This document shows positions 63,482 through 64,000 of a stretch of DNA of 64,000 nt, piece after piece. The notes under the pieces were generated by a model, which was not told the DNA's origin, made no database searches, and saw only the letters and a program-made list of their open reading frames with translations. The translations under genes were made by a program, and so were the position numbers. The first letter of the stretch is position 1, and every line of letters begins with the position of its first letter. Source of the DNA: Zootoca vivipara (Eukaryota); NCBI RefSeq assembly GCF_963506605.1, contig NC_083286.1, forward strand, positions 33,356,001-33,420,000. The letters run 5' to 3'.

Positions 63482-63900
63482 CAGTGGTGCCTCGCTAGAC
63501 AAAATTAATTCGTTCCAGGACTCAATTCGTCCTACGAAAATTTCGTCTAGCGAGGCACCGTTTCCCATAGGAATGCATTAAAAGTCAATTACACAAAGGG
63601 GAACCAGCTGCAGCAGGGAAAGAAGGCAAAGGGAGATCAGCTGAGAGGCGGTGACAGCTGTCAGCGCCTCTCAGCTGAGCTTCCTTTGCCTTCTTCCCTT
63701 GCTACAGATGGTTCCCCTTTCGCTAGATGAATGCCCTTATTTTCTGATCAGAGGTTTTTATGGCCACGCTTCGCAAGACGAAGCAGTGGCCATAGAAAAT
63801 CTCGTCGTACAGTGAGGCAACCTCCGATCAGAAAATCCTTTCGTTAAGCGGAATTTTCGTCTAGCAGGGCATTAGTCTAGACTCTAGCGAGGCACCACTG
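63482..63900. mobile_element. Tigger/pogo-like MITE with internal hairpin
   Basis: TA|CAGTGGTGCCTCGCTAGA...TCTAGCGAGGCACCACTG|TA; inner inverted repeat at about 63596-63720. Confidence 0.88.
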
Positions 63901-64000
63901 TACTAACTTTTCATGTTCATTTCAATCAGATCTAACTTTGTCTGGATCCAACCAAGTGTATTTATAACATATTTTACTGATACTAGATGAGTATTTAGAG

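Overview
Vertebrate genomic DNA, almost certainly from a squamate reptile and probably a lacertid lizard (seven Sauria-type SINEs, Bov-B, L2, CR1, Penelope remnants, many hAT and Tc1/pogo MITEs). I traced five intron-containing genes by hand using GT-AG sites and codon phase: a probable FAM151B first coding exon (-), complete ZFYVE16/endofin (-, 17 coding exons, 1523 aa), complete CCDC125 (-, 11 coding exons, 530 aa), complete AK6 (-, 5 exons, 171 aa), and the 5' part of RAD17 (+, 9 coding exons, running off the right edge) head-to-head with AK6. Most entries in the ORF track are spurious or transposon-derived. I see no wholly new multi-gene system. The best leads are: (1) a minimal type I hammerhead ribozyme in a Penelope-like terminal repeat just downstream of CCDC125, plus short copies truncated inside the ribozyme core; (2) a young CpG-rich hAT element folding into a hairpin loaded with NRF1/ETS/GC-box motifs, with similar motifs recurring in unrelated Tigger-like MITEs; (3) ZFYVE16-CCDC125 adjacency, which marks one end of a single large inversion relative to human chr5; (4) an AK6 locus without the TAF9 ORF; (5) a spliced RAD17 uORF ending in a TGATG stop-start overlap; (6) several nested transposons with intact target-site duplications (TSDs). 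Family and gene names come from recalled sequences, not database searches.
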